A DNA stretch of 64,000 nucleotides from Moniliella sp. 'wahieum'. Lineage: Eukaryota. This document shows positions 36,801-49,218 of the stretch, in pieces. The stretch is taken from positions 1-64,000 of the forward strand of contig RSEE01000021.1 of the NCBI GenBank assembly GCA_003971905.1. Direction: 5' to 3'. Position 1 is the first letter of the stretch. The number at the start of each line of letters is the position of its first letter. Position numbers and translations under genes: made by a program. The notes beneath the pieces were generated by a model. It ran no database searches and was not told the origin of the DNA. It saw only the letters and a list, made by a program, of their open reading frames with translations.

Positions 36801-39800
36801 GAGTCGCTAATCAGAGGCAGAGCCAACCGGTTCTTGATCGTAACCGAGTTGAGCGCACGATAGTCCACGCACAGGCGCAACGAGCCGTCCTTCTTTTTGA
36901 CAAACAGGACGCCCGCGCCGAAGGGGGACTTGGACGGCGGATGAACCCGGCAGCCAGGTTCTCCTTGAGCCACTGGGACAAGGCCTGCATTTCGCCCGTC
37001 GACAAGGGTAGAGGCGAGTGAAGGTGGGGGCGGCGCCGGGGACAAGGTCGATGGCGTGATCGGCGGCACGATGGGCGGGGAGCGTCTTAGCCCCTGACTT
37101 GGAAAAGGCGCTAAGGAAGGAGTGGTAGCGGGGAGGGACTGTCTGGCGGACGTGCTCGAGGTACTCGGGTGTGTCAAACTCGTCGGGAAACATTGGCTCG
37201 GGACCGCCAGCGACCGCGACGGACGAGACGGCCAACTCGGGCTCAGGGGGAAAGGCGACGTTTACCATGGCCTCGGGTTCCTTGACCACCTCGAGCTCAA
37301 ACTGCTCCAGAGAGAGAATGTCAATAGGCGGTCCAGACCGAGAAGGCAAGGAGGGACCCGGGCCAGAGGGCGCCGAGGAAGGGGTGTGGGGAAGAGGCTG
37401 CGTACCGCGCGAAGGGGGGTGGGACGAAGTGGGCAAGGGAGGGGAGGAGGGGACGGGCTGGGAGGGAACCGAGGAGGGAAAAGGAATCGAGTTGACAGAG
37501 GGGGGCGAGATGGGGTTAGGTGGGGAGGTGGACTTGGGCCGGGGCCCGGGCGAGTGCTGGTGCTGGTGCGTAGTCTTGTCTTGGGCTGGTCTTGGTGCTT
37601 GGGCTGGTCTTGGTGCTTGGGCTGGTCTTGGTGCGTGGGCTGGTCTTGGTGCTTGGGCTGGTTCTGGTGCTTGGGCTGGTCTTGGGGCTGAGGCCGGGGT
37701 ACAGTCGTGGAAGGCATATGGTGATCACGGCACTGCACCTTATCAAAGTAAAGGGTGTGCGAGGGGTAGTCGGTGCTGGGGTTGTGAGTTTCCAGAAAAG
37801 GGAGACCGAGGATGAGGGGTGATGGAGGGAAGTGAGGAAAAACTCCTCAGTTGAGACATGGGAGCCGATCACGACAGGCGCCTTCACCGCTTGGGTCACC
37901 AGACCCGAGGAAATGGGACGCCCGTCTACCACCCTGACGACCACGGGCGACGGCAGCGTGCGAGGAACCAGGCCATGCTGGCGGGCAAAACCATGGTCCA
38001 TGAAAATACTGTTCGCACCAGAGTCGACCAAGGCGGTGACCGGGATCGGGGAAAGGGAGACGGAGACGAGGGGCCAGGATGCAGAGCGAGTACCGTGAAA
38101 GACCGAGAGGAGGGGGGACAGGGCCCCACTGCCGCCTCAGACAGAATCAGCGGCGGGGCCGAGGAGGCGGCGGGGAGACCTGGACGTGGGGCACTCGGCA
38201 ATGAGGTGGTCACGGGAACCGCAGTAGAAGCACGCACCTTGAGCGCGGCGCTCGGTGCGCCGTGCCGCCGCTTCGGCGGTGGCGGTGGCTGCGCTGAGGT
38301 CCATGGGCTCGGCTTCGGGCGACGAGGGCCGAAACCAATGATTGCCGCCCGATCCCGGGGAGGTTGCGGTACCACGAGCGCCCAGCGATTGTGATTGGTC
38401 GATGTCAATGGCCGCTGTGCGCAGTTGTTCGAAACTGATCCGTCCAAAGTGAGCCGACTCGCCGCGGGAGGCGATTGCGTCACGCACCCGCGGCTTCAAG
38501 CCGTACAGAAAGTAATAGCGGTCCTCATCCGACGCGTTGGGGTTCCAGCGACGCAGCAGAACCGTGAACGTAGCGGAATAGTCCGCTGCAGATCCTGTCT
38601 GCCGAAGACGACGAAACTCCTCAAACGCCTTCAGCGCCGGGTTGCGCTCGCCCCACTGCTCCAGGAAAGCTGCGCGAAACGCAGGCCAAGACTGGAGGGC
38701 GGGTGTGGTGCGCGCCTCCAGGGGAAGGGCCACCTCCAACCGAACTGCTCGACCCAAGTGAGGGCCTCTCCCTGCAGCAGGCCCATGAAGCGGTCGATCC
38801 ATGCCGCCGCGCCCATATGTGAGGGCGACGCGCGCGTAAATCTCGAAGGAGGTGACGACGTGCTGGGCCTGACCCGGTCACGAGAGTTGGGATTCGCACC
38901 AGACGACGGGCGGAAACGAACGGGCTCGAACATCTTAGGCTCTTCCGACACCGTGTTCGGGATGGCAGTCAGATCACCATAAGGCCCAGGGGCGGGAGCG
39001 GGGGCGGGGGCCGAGGACACCACGCCAGTTTGAGCCTCCCGTACCGAGGCGGCCAACCGGGCCTCTTCCGCGGCAAGCGCCGCCTCCTCCCGCCGCTGAC
39101 GGAGGCGGTGCTCACGGCGCTTCGCCTCTTGCTCATCCTCGAAAGCGCGGCGCTTCGCCTCTTGCTCATCCTCGAAAGCGCGGCGCTGGTCCTCCTGGGC
39201 TGCAAGGTAGGCCTGGTGTTCCCGGGCCTCCGTCAACAGAAGCTGGCGCATTCTGCGGGCCTCATCGACCCGGCGCTGAGCGGCCTCGAGGTCCAGGCCG
39301 GACAAGTCGGAGGCAGGCAATGTATACCCCGGGGGCGCGGGCGCAACAGACGGAGCTGCATGGGGGGGTTCAGAGGGCCCAGCCGGGTGGAACCACTCCG
39401 GGCCATCGTCGTCGAACGGAGCGTCAGAGGGGGGGTCGGACGGGGGTCGGATCGGGCCGCGCCGCGCGATGGGGTGCGGCGCGCTAGGGTTACTGGGGTC
39501 ACGGGGGTTGTCGTGGATCGAGGACATCTCTGGTCGGGCTCGCCTGTTGACGGTTAGACGAACGATAATGTCACAGTCGGGGCTAAGGCGAGGGAGACCA
39601 GGATCGGACTAGGCCAAGGGGTGTAGCAATCGTTCGTGGGGAAGAAGCAAGAACAGAGGACATGGTGCGAAGTGGAAGGAACAGGGAAGGAGCGAGACGC
39701 TCGAGACGAAGAAATTGGAAATGGGAGCGAGATCAGCCAAACTATGACAGGTGGCGTGGGTCCGGTTGTGCACGGTGATCGTAGCAAATGCATAATCATC

Positions 39801-41291
39801 ATCGTTGCCCCACACAAACCCAGTGGGCAAGTTAAGCAACTTAACCAACCCTTCAATGTTGCCTGCGCCACCCGCAACGAGGTAGGCGGTGCCTTGGGGT
39901 TTTGGTACCCAGCTGGGTCGACCTCGTTGGCGTACATGGGCACCAACCGCTGGGAATTGTGCTCGTGACCAAACCAGGCGAGGTCAACTCCGTATTGGTA
40001 GATGATGTCCTCAAATGCGGCCGCGCATGCCTCGCACGGGGGGGTTGGAGACGAAGTGGAGGTGTACCATGGCCGGTGGCCACCAACAAAGAGCCAGGGC
40101 GTCACACTGCGGTCCACACTGGCCAAATCCGCCTTGAGCCAGTCAAGTTGTTGCCCCTGGTACCCAAAGGGACCCGAGGCCAGTTCGGTTCCCGGGCCCT
40201 CTGGGGCACCATCAAAGTCCGTCTCGGTATTGATCATTGCGATATGGGCCAGGCCGTAATCAAATGAGTACCACATCGGCGGGCTGGCCAGCGAGGCTGC
40301 CTTCTCCCGCAACGCCGCCGCTGTTTGGTTGGTGGAGGTCGAAGCAAATGCTGTAGGCATCGTGTTTCCGAATCGGCCACGGAACTCGGTAAAGTTGGCA
40401 TAGCCATCGGGACAGATAAGTTTAGCGTCCAATTCAACGCAATCCGCCTCATGGTTCCCAGGGCCTACCATGTACGGAACTCGACCGGCAATGGGCGCCA
40501 GCTGGTCGTAGAACCGCTCCTCCACCGCATCGTACGAAGGAACGCCCGCTTGCAGATCTTCGATGTTCATGGCCCAGTCATCACTGTAGGCAAGGTCTCC
40601 TGCGTGAGCGACAAAATCCAAACCATTACCCAGGCCGGGGATGTTCCCTTCAAGGGCTTGAGCGAGCGCGTCGATGGTGGTGTGGGTCGCGTTGGGCTCC
40701 AACCAGGGAATGATCTGCTTGGTGAATGCATTCAAGCCTTGTCCGACGACTATACCAAATAGTGGCAGATCAGAGATGAAGGTGTGAGCAATTAAAAAGT
40801 GCGAGGAAAAATGGACACATATGAATGCGGTGACTGAGAAAACGTACCAAATCCTTCCGGACCATAAAGACCCAGGTCGGTTACCAGGGCAAATGTAAAC
40901 TCCCCGCTCGCGCCAGGGGCCTTGGCCGTTGTGAAGGACCAGGTAGAGGAGTTGGTGGACTGGATCTTGTAAAAGTATTGTTGCTCCGTCTGGAGGCCCG
41001 GGAGCCGGATGCTGTGCTGATACTGGCGCGTATTAGGAATCGTGTGTGACTCCCCTCCACAAACATCGAGTTGAGAGCCTGCTCCGTCACGCCATACGCG
41101 ACACACACCTGGTCCAAAGGTGCGTAGGTGGCCCAGGCGACAACCACAGTATCAGGCGCAAAGATGGAAATACGTTGGCCCGACGGGGTTGTCGTGTCGC
41201 TTGGGATAGGAGGAAAGACGGAGTCGGCGTGGACCATCGTAGACACCGCTGCCAATAGGCTTGCAGCCACCAGTACCGTTGGGCGATACAT
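33855..41291 (-). CDS. Secreted purple acid phosphatase copy 1, interrupted about 30 codons before its stop by an LTR retrotransposon
   Basis: Signal peptide [17 protein letters not shown]; metal motifs TDLG, GDLAYSD, GNHE, VGGHRP and GHEH. The last 94 nt ([21 protein letters not shown]...FQS*) lie at 33855-33948, beyond the element. Confidence 0.93.
33949..34128 (-). repeat. 3' LTR (180 bp)
   Basis: Identical to 39569-39749 except for one indel. Confidence 0.97.
34139..38060 (-). CDS. pol: Retrotransposon pol (protease, RT, RNase H, integrase, chromodomain)
   Basis: [64 protein letters not shown]...[26 protein letters not shown], and the chromodomain segment [18 protein letters not shown]. 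Confidence 0.95.
37575..37690. repeat. 18-bp tandem repeat (GGGCTGGTCTTGGTGCTT, about 6 copies) between protease and RT
   Basis: Directly visible; encodes (QDQPKH)n in the frame continuing from the protease. Confidence 0.9.
38137..39527 (-). CDS. gag: Retrotransposon gag
   Basis: [35 protein letters not shown] and the zinc knuckle [14 protein letters not shown]; internal 33-bp duplication ([11 protein letters not shown] x2). Confidence 0.92.
39569..39749 (-). repeat. 5' LTR (181 bp)
   Basis: TGTCACAG...CTATGACA on the plus strand; adjacent to the primer-binding site and gag start. Confidence 0.97.
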
Positions 41292-41387
41292 AATGGTAAG
41301 AGTGTGTACGCGAAACAAGAAGAGGAGAGGGGGATGGGGGGATGGTTATAATGAAGCAGGAAGGAGTTGAGCCTGCGGAAGTTCAAT

Positions 41388-41401
41388 ATATACGTTTCCT
41401 C
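41388..41401 (-). promoter_or_regulatory. Conserved GAGGAAACGTATAT (TATA-like) element upstream of all three phosphatase genes
   Basis: Plus-strand ATATACGTTTCCTC at about 41388, 47419 and 50933, 70-100 nt before each ATG; retained even in the divergent copy 3. Confidence 0.65.
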
Positions 41402-42439
41402 TGTTTCCAGAGGAGTCCTATATAATGTTGCTATAGTATATTGAGTTAGGAAGACAGGCGGCAAACCCACACTGTAAGTGAATGAGTAACCTGTAACCGG
41501 CAACCCCTCCGGCCTCCAGAGAGCGTCTATAGGAGGTATGTGACCAACCCCGTACCACCCTTTGGGCCCATGCCACAAAAAATTTTACCCGGTTAAATCA
41601 GGTCCCGCGTGGGCCGAGGGGCCATGCATGCGGCGCGACAACAGTCGTCCCCCGCACGAGTCCAAGTCGGACGGTCTAAATAAGGCCACCAAGTTTCCGG
41701 TGTGTTTGTTTGCGACGACTGTGTTGCCCCGTCACCGGGTCACCGGCACCGCGTCACCAAACACTTTTCTTTCCTCTGTGGCAACCAACCCCTCCTTTGA
41801 CATGTCTTTCTTTCTTCACCCCTGGTGTATCCACGGGCGGACGTAAACATTGAAACAGAGGTAAATGTGGGGTTGAAACATCGGTGGATCGGCTGGATCC
41901 CAGCGGAGCGGCGGTGGGCAGGCACACGTGCCAGAGACCCGACGCTTGTCGCGACAGCGTTGCTGCACTGAAACCCCACCTTAACGTCTGGCCTCGTCTC
42001 TACTATACTGCAACCTATACCGCAGCCATAGTATCATTGACAGACCTTAAGGCTGAGACAAAGAAACGCTGCGCCTAAACCGACCCGTTCATCCGGCGTG
42101 TGCTGGTTGTGAGCGCCAACCCCGTTTAAGAACCGGGGAATCGCCAGGAGATCAGAACCCTCTGATGCCCTCCATCTGTTCCCATATCCGAGGAAGCGCG
42201 TGTGGATACGGAAGAACTACTTACCCACATAGCTAATCCAAATTTGCGATCACGAAGAGGTTGGGGCGGAGACTTTGCCACAAGCTTAAAGCTTGACTGT
42301 CGTTCCCGCTCCACTATCACCGCCGGCATTGCCACAAACTTGCGACAAGGGAAGCTACTGGCGGCAACATATTCATGTTGGAGTGTGGTGGCATGTGACA
42401 TGTGACATGCATGTTACACCACTTGTGATGGCTTGAATT

Positions 42440-42484
42440 AAGCTTGAAGCTTGAAGCTTGAAGCTTGAAGCTCTTGAAGCTTGA
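42440..42484. repeat. (AAGCTTG)n heptamer tandem repeat
   Basis: Four perfect copies, then one interrupted copy and one further perfect copy. Confidence 0.9.
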
Positions 42485-45400
42485 TCGGCCATGTCGCTCT
42501 GGCAACCGGAACTGGCTACAGATAAGTTCCGCGTCTTGCGCACTCCGGATTGTTGGTTACCGTCGCGCTTCGTTCCCCTCCATTTTCTTCTCCCTGTTTC
42601 ATTCAAGGCCAGACTAGCGTCAGGAGCTTACCAGAAACTATCTCTGACTGTTTTCGTCCTGCACCGTGCTTTCTTCCTTAGCTTTGGTAGCGTAGCTACT
42701 TGTCGGTTAACGGACAATCGCGGTTCTGGACTCTCATTGGTATTAGACAAGGAGAATTAGCCGGAACCGAAGGGCAAAGATCAAGATCCAAGGGCCAAGG
42801 TGCCACAGGCGGATGAAGCATCGTCGCGTTCGAAGAGGGAGAGAGAACTAGCCAGGCGGCCATGCAGTGGACGATCTGTGCGCAAGCCTGTACATGCACC
42901 GTGGTCGTTGCTGCAGCACACTGAGTGCCATCTCCAGTCATCGTAGTCAAAGGCGTTATCAGTGTATGTGGGTGGACCACAGACAAAACACTGGTACTCA
43001 CCGTCGAGGCCCGGCGGGAGCAACCATCACCATCGACCGCCAGCTCGAAGCGCCCTCGTCGTTGACTTTCAACTCGCTGTTGGGAGGAGCAACCGACATC
43101 TTGACGCGACAGATACCAGGCAAGACCATGTCACCAGGCATGTCCGACTCGGTTCCAGGGCTGCGCACAGACGAGTCCGTAACTACCTGGCATCGTACTC
43201 TCCCCTATATGTGTCCACAGGACCTGATTGACAAGACCGTAATTCAGATTTTCATGGTCATCGCTATCATCGATCCGGCCATGCTAGTCCGTCGCGCCAA
43301 GTTCCACCTTTTGACAAGCAGGCGCTGCTGTGTGGGGCCCCCTCAAAAATGCTGACACACATCGTGAGGAGGAGTATGTCCCCGTCATGCGCAAGGCGGG
43401 CACATGTTTATGAACCGTAAAGATATCTGCCGCGACTTGAACTACAAGGTAGCAGCGCAGGAAAATCTGCAAAACCTGCCATGTGGAGAGCGGGCGATCA
43501 ACATGCCCAGACAAAACTCGTAATCCGCGAAACAGCACCTCACAACGAAGGGGAGAGAGTGACTCAGGGCCAGTCGGTGGCAACACCAAGAAATTGTCCG
43601 CAGACGCATGGATAGGGAGGGACCGAGAAGCTGTGCTGTCGAATGTTCCACCGCCTCTGGCTGGAACAACGTTTCATCTCTTTGTCCAAGGACTAGGAAG
43701 GAAGTGTGTGGCAAGTTTCTCCCGCACCCGGTACGAGCCGCAACAGTCATTCGAGCGCTAGATCGTGTCCCGTGTCGATCTGTGATTCAAGGCAAAATCA
43801 ACTCGGTTCATGGCTTCAGGAACCTGTGGCAGCAGAGGCGCGTTAGACAATTTTCCGTGCCCCTGTATTGGTCGAGAGGGTATTGTCGAAATCCCATCCG
43901 TCTGCGTACAGCACCGTCAGCTTTATGTTGCCGAGGGAGACCGGGAGCTTGTTGCCCAAACCGATATTGGCGGGGTCCTCACGGCCGACCACGCTTAGAC
44001 ACTTGATGGCCCACCCTTTTCCATTGGCCGGATCGAACACATTGCAGCCCAACGACCCGAAATAGATGTTGTGTACTGGCACGCACGCCAACGCCGGTCC
44101 GACTCGCGACGTAGGGTCGGGAGCAGCCAGAACTAGTTCCAACCTTGTGCTGCCCGTGCTCTTTAGGTCAAGATCACTTTGGCTCGCATCATGGCTATCG
44201 GATCGGCATACGGCATGGGGACTAGAGCTACCGCGCCCCTCGGCCCGGCACGGCGTAAGTACATTCCTGCTTCATAGATTCACACCATCTTTGGCAACGT
44301 GCAACGTCCAGCACGATTGCGTGAAGGCCAAGCCCTGAGTGTCTCCAACAGTATTTCGGATGCAGCCACGGCTTGACCAATGATGGGGTACAGCGCAACA
44401 ACTGGCTGGGACCTCGGCCGTGCAGTGGAACGTTACTTGGCCAGCATTCCCCCGGCCTGGGCGATTCTGAGCGACAATGCCCATCGGCAGACGACGTTGC
44501 ACGGGCAGGACAATCAGCAATGAACGTTTAGAGGGTTCCGGATGCGGCTACGAATGATGTTATGATAAGTTGTACCTACCCCTGATGCGTACTCTCCACC
44601 ACCACAGTCTATAGAAATTGTATCCTTGACCACTCTTCGGGTGAAATAGGACACACAAATATATCTTCGAATGATCGTTTCATGGTTCTGAGTGCTTCTA
44701 TGGTGTAACCGTGCATGCCTACTACTATCGGCCGGGGAAACCACACTGGGTTTGATTCCGGAGGAGGCCATCCTGTTTAAGATGGAACGAGAGGCTGTCC
44801 GCTATTCATAATGTCGCGAAGGAGGGTGGCGAGCAAGATTGCGGTTAGAATGGCAGGCAAGGTTGTGACGAGTTTTAATAGGCCACAATCTGGCAACACC
44901 CTCGCCGGGCAGCAGTGCCACAATCTGGTACAGGAAGTTTGGGCTAGCCGTGCTCGCGAGATTGCGACAAGATTGTGACCCTCAAATCTTACGGCAAACA
45001 TGTGGCGAGACCCCCAAGACCCGCTAAGTTGTGCCCTAGAAATTTTGAATAGCTATTTCTTCTGGTCCTTTTCGCTTTTCTTTCTCTGCCTTAATCCATG
45101 ACATGTCCTCTTCATCTTCACGAATGACATGGCTATAGGTTCTAACTCAACGTTTGCACTCATCGCCTTTTTATAGCCCCGAAAACAAGGGTGGCAGATA
45201 AGAATAAGTTTTGCTCGCCAAAACAAACCGTCAAAAAGCACTGTCCTGGTACATTACTACCACTATATATCAGTGAATATCCCCACCCATGTAAACGGCT
45301 TCATCGTCGCGAAGTCGACCAATAACAGACCACAAAAGACCGAGGAAACAAGCAGGAACACCAAGAACGCTATCATTTTTAGTACTCTACATCAAGCATG

Positions 45401-45686
45401 GCATGATGGATCATAGCTGCCTATAGGATGATGCAGCCGTGAATTTCTGTATCTCCTTGGAGTATACAGACTTTTGGTATCAAACTAACAATAGGGAGAG
45501 TAAAAAGAGAGAATGTGAAAAAGATGGGAGTGAAAAGGAAAAAGACAAAAGGGAGGTTGAAGAGGAGGAAGGAGAGAATCAAAATAGCTTTTGCAAACAA
45601 CCCAAAGAAACGGGGTGGAGGGTAGTGCTAGTAGTGAATCTCGTGTGGAGGTGACCAAAAATGTAAAACGCAAAGTAAAACGACCG

Positions 45687-47317
45687 TTAGGATTGGAAGA
45701 TGAAAGACTCGGTGTGCTCCTTGTATAGTGTCTGCTCATCGATGGTGGCCCCGTCCGAAGAACGGATGAAGCGGGAGGTTGCGTGGGTCCAGTTGTGGAC
45801 GGTGATCGTAGCAAATGCATAGTCATCATCGTTGCCCCACACAAATCCAGTGGGCAAGTTAAGGGACTTTGCCAACCCTTCAATGTTGCCTGCCCCACCG
45901 GCAACGAGGTAGGCGGGTGCCTTGGGGTTTTGGTACCCAGCTGGGTCGGTCTTGTTGCCGTACATGGGCACGAATCGCTGAGAATTGTGCTCGTGACCAA
46001 ACCAGGCAATGTCGGTGCCGTATTGGTAGACGATCTCCTCAAATGCGGTCTGGCACGGCACACACGGCTGGGCCGGGAGCGAAATGGTGGTGTACCACGG
46101 TGGCCACCAACAAAAAGCCAGGGCGTCACACTGCGGTCCACACTGGCCAAATCCGCCTTGAGCCATTCAAGTTGCTGACCCTGGAACCCAAACGGACCCG
46201 AGGACAGTTCGGTTCCCGGACCATCCGGGGCACCATCAAAGTCCGTCTCGGTATTAATCATTGCAATGTGGGCCAGGCCGTAATCAAACGAGTACCACAT
46301 CGGCGGGTTGGCCAGCGAGGCTGCCTTCGCGCGCAACGCCGCCGCTGTTTTGTTGGTGGAGGTCGAAGCAAATGCTGTAGGCATCGTGTTTCCGAATCGG
46401 CCACGGAACTCGGTAAAGTTGGAATAGCCTTCGGGGCAGACACCCTGCTTGTAGCCCAATTCGATGCAATCCGCCTCGTGGTTCCCGGGACCCACCATGT
46501 AGGGAACTCGGCCGGCGATGGGCGCAAGCTGGTCGTAGAAACGCTCCTCCACCGCATCGTACGAAGGAATCCCGGCTTGCAGATCCTCAATGTTCAAGGC
46601 CCAGTCGTCACTGTAGGCAAGGTCACCCGCGTGAGCGACAAATTCACGCCATTGCTCAGGCCAGGGATGTTCCCATCAATGGCTTGACCGAGTGCGTCGA
46701 TGGTGGTGTGGGTCGCGTTCGGCTCCAACCAGGGAATGTCCCGCTTATTGAATGCGTTCAAGCCTTGTCCGACGACTACCAAACAAACAGGAGCACAACA
46801 GAGACGATGGTGTCAGCAATCAAAAGGTGAGCACTGATGAAAAATAGACACATGTCGGGACTAAATAAACGTACCAAATCCTTCCGGGCCATAAAGACCC
46901 AGGTCGGTTACCAGGGCAAACGTAAACTCCCCGCTCGCGCCAGGAGCCTTGGCCGTTGTGAAGGACCAGGTCGAGGAATTGGTGGACTGGATCTTGTAAA
47001 AGTACTGCTGCTCCGTCTGGAGGCCCGGGAGACGGATGCTGTGCTGATACTGGCGCGTATTAGGAATCGTGTGCGACTCCCCTCCACAAACAGTCGAGTT
47101 GAGAGCCTGCTCCGTCACACCATACGCGACACACATGGTCCAAAGGTGCGTAGGTGGCCCAGGAAACAACCACAGTATCAGGCGCAAAGATGGAGATACG
47201 TTGGCCCGACGGGGTTGTGGGGTCGTTTGGGACAGGAGGAAAGACGGAGTCGGCGTGCACCATCATAGACACCGCTGCCAACAGGCTTGCAGCCACCAGT
47301 ACGGTTGGTCGATACAT
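45687..47317 (-). CDS. Secreted purple acid phosphatase copy 2 (one intron at about 46778-46873)
   Basis: Same signal peptide and metal-binding motifs as copy 1; intact C-terminus [16 protein letters not shown]. Confidence 0.93.
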
Positions 47318-49218
47318 AATGGTAAGAGAGTGTACGCGGAAAAATAAGAGGAGGGGGGAGATGGGCGTGGTGGGAGGGTTCTAATGAGAGGAACGGGAGT
47401 AGCGCCTGCAGACGTTCAATATACGTTTCCTCTGTTTACAGTTAAGTTGCTAGTAGGTCCGGTTATGGCACGGGCCCAATAGGGTGGTAGGGGCTAGGTC
47501 TCCTACAGACGCTCTCTGGAGGGGGGGGTGACAGGTTACTCATTTTTACTTACAGTGTGGGGCTTACCGCTTGTCCTCCTATTGCATTTGCTACGCGCTT
47601 TGTCGAGGGGAGACCGGAGAGCAAGAACCTGTTGACAGTGGATTGCACTGTGTAAAAGAGCTACAGAGGCTAATAGTGAAATCCTTCCCCTTCCGCGGGA
47701 ACAAGGAATATGATCCTTCAGGAAGTCAGCATGCATCAACGGGACAGTAATAACTAAGTAAATAGCGGTAACCGGACCTACGAACAAGCCATGGACAAAC
47801 GAGCGCACGTGCCCATAATAATATTCTTTGTCACACAGTAATAATAGTGACTTCACTTCTGAAGACTTCAGGCCCTCAGGAGCTTCAGGTGTGGCAATAC
47901 AAATTGCATGAAAAGAGACGGAGAAGATCCGCTACGGAAGCCTCTGTGTGCTATGCACTATGCGTCTTTGCGATTCACGGGTTTTCGCTTCAGGCTTCAA
48001 GCTCTAAGCTTAAAAGCTGCAAGTAGGTCAAGAAGTCTTTAGAGCTTTAGGCCTTAGGCCTTATTAGGCCGGATGCTCCACGGAAGGTCTGGGATGTGTC
48101 GATCATCAATCATCGATCATCCACGCAACCATCTCACTGATAGGTATTGCATCCACACGGCTGTGGGGGTGTATATTGCGCGTCGTGTTGCAGACATGCT
48201 GCGTCTTGCCGGTACAGATTGCATGTTGTGACGTGGAGGTGTATACGATTAATGGTAGCTTGACCTAGACGACCCTGTGCGGTGCTGGCACTAGGCCAGT
48301 GCTCTGGCCGCGCGCCTGCGCCTTTTCCTTTCGTGCTCTTGGGTTCGCGGCCCCTCCTGTCTTCTCTCCACGACCGACACCGCGTCCACTCGGTACCTCG
48401 TTCACCTACCATGTTCGTGATCAGCTCCCTAGCTCTTTCAGCCAGTAGGGGCCCTCCGATTGCGGCCAGTTGGTCACGGCGCAACACAGGCATCCATTAA
48501 GTGTGGGGATATACTGCAGACATGATGTTATGGGGATAATGTGAGCATGGTGGTGTCATGCAGCTGGCGGGCCCCAGACTGGCCGATTCACAGTTTAGGG
48601 GTGCTGTCCCTTGGAGGAGGACAAACCACTGACGGTAAATCGAGCTTGAACACTCCCACTTTTCAAGAACACGTAAGTCTCAAAGCCCACACCTATTACA
48701 GGGTTAAGGATAGTTTTTGTGCCACGACCGGCCACGACCGATTATAGGCGAATGGCTACTGTGGAATGGGCACAAGTATGGAGGTCCGGAGACACTTGGC
48801 GACTCTCACACGGCTGGGCTTATCTTCATTAACCTCAATAAAGCTGGTGTCAAGCTTCATCTGACCGCAGCCTATAATATCCGCCACGGTCGATGCTCAC
48901 CGTGATATTTTCTAACCTCTCGCGGTACCTCTCTCTGACATGTCAACACAGGGACGAGAAATGAGGAAAACGGCCCGTTGGTACACGACTTGCACTGTTG
49001 GACTTTCGCCTTCTATACATCACGTCTCCCCAACCAATAGATTTGAATGAAGAATGCAACCAAATGCAGTCGTTTGGATTATACATTCGGTGCCAGCAGC
49101 AGTAGAGAGAGATGGACAAAACAAAAGCCTTGAACACACAAAGAGCACAGGATCAAAAAGATGAAAACAAAAGAATAAAACACAAGCATGCCATGCGTAT
49201 ACCTGATCAGAAAAGCCA

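Larger units (their letters stand above)
33949..39749 (-). mobile_element. Full-length Ty3/gypsy chromovirus LTR retrotransposon (5.8 kb)
   Basis: TG...CA LTRs, 5-bp TSD GGTGG (33944-33948 and 39750-39754), PPT GAAAGGGGGCAA at 34129-34140, and gag-PR-RT-RNaseH-IN-chromodomain order. Confidence 0.98.

Noticed and set aside
37575..37690. CRISPR-like array
   Set aside because: Head-to-tail repeat with no spacers, inside a eukaryotic retrotransposon ORF.
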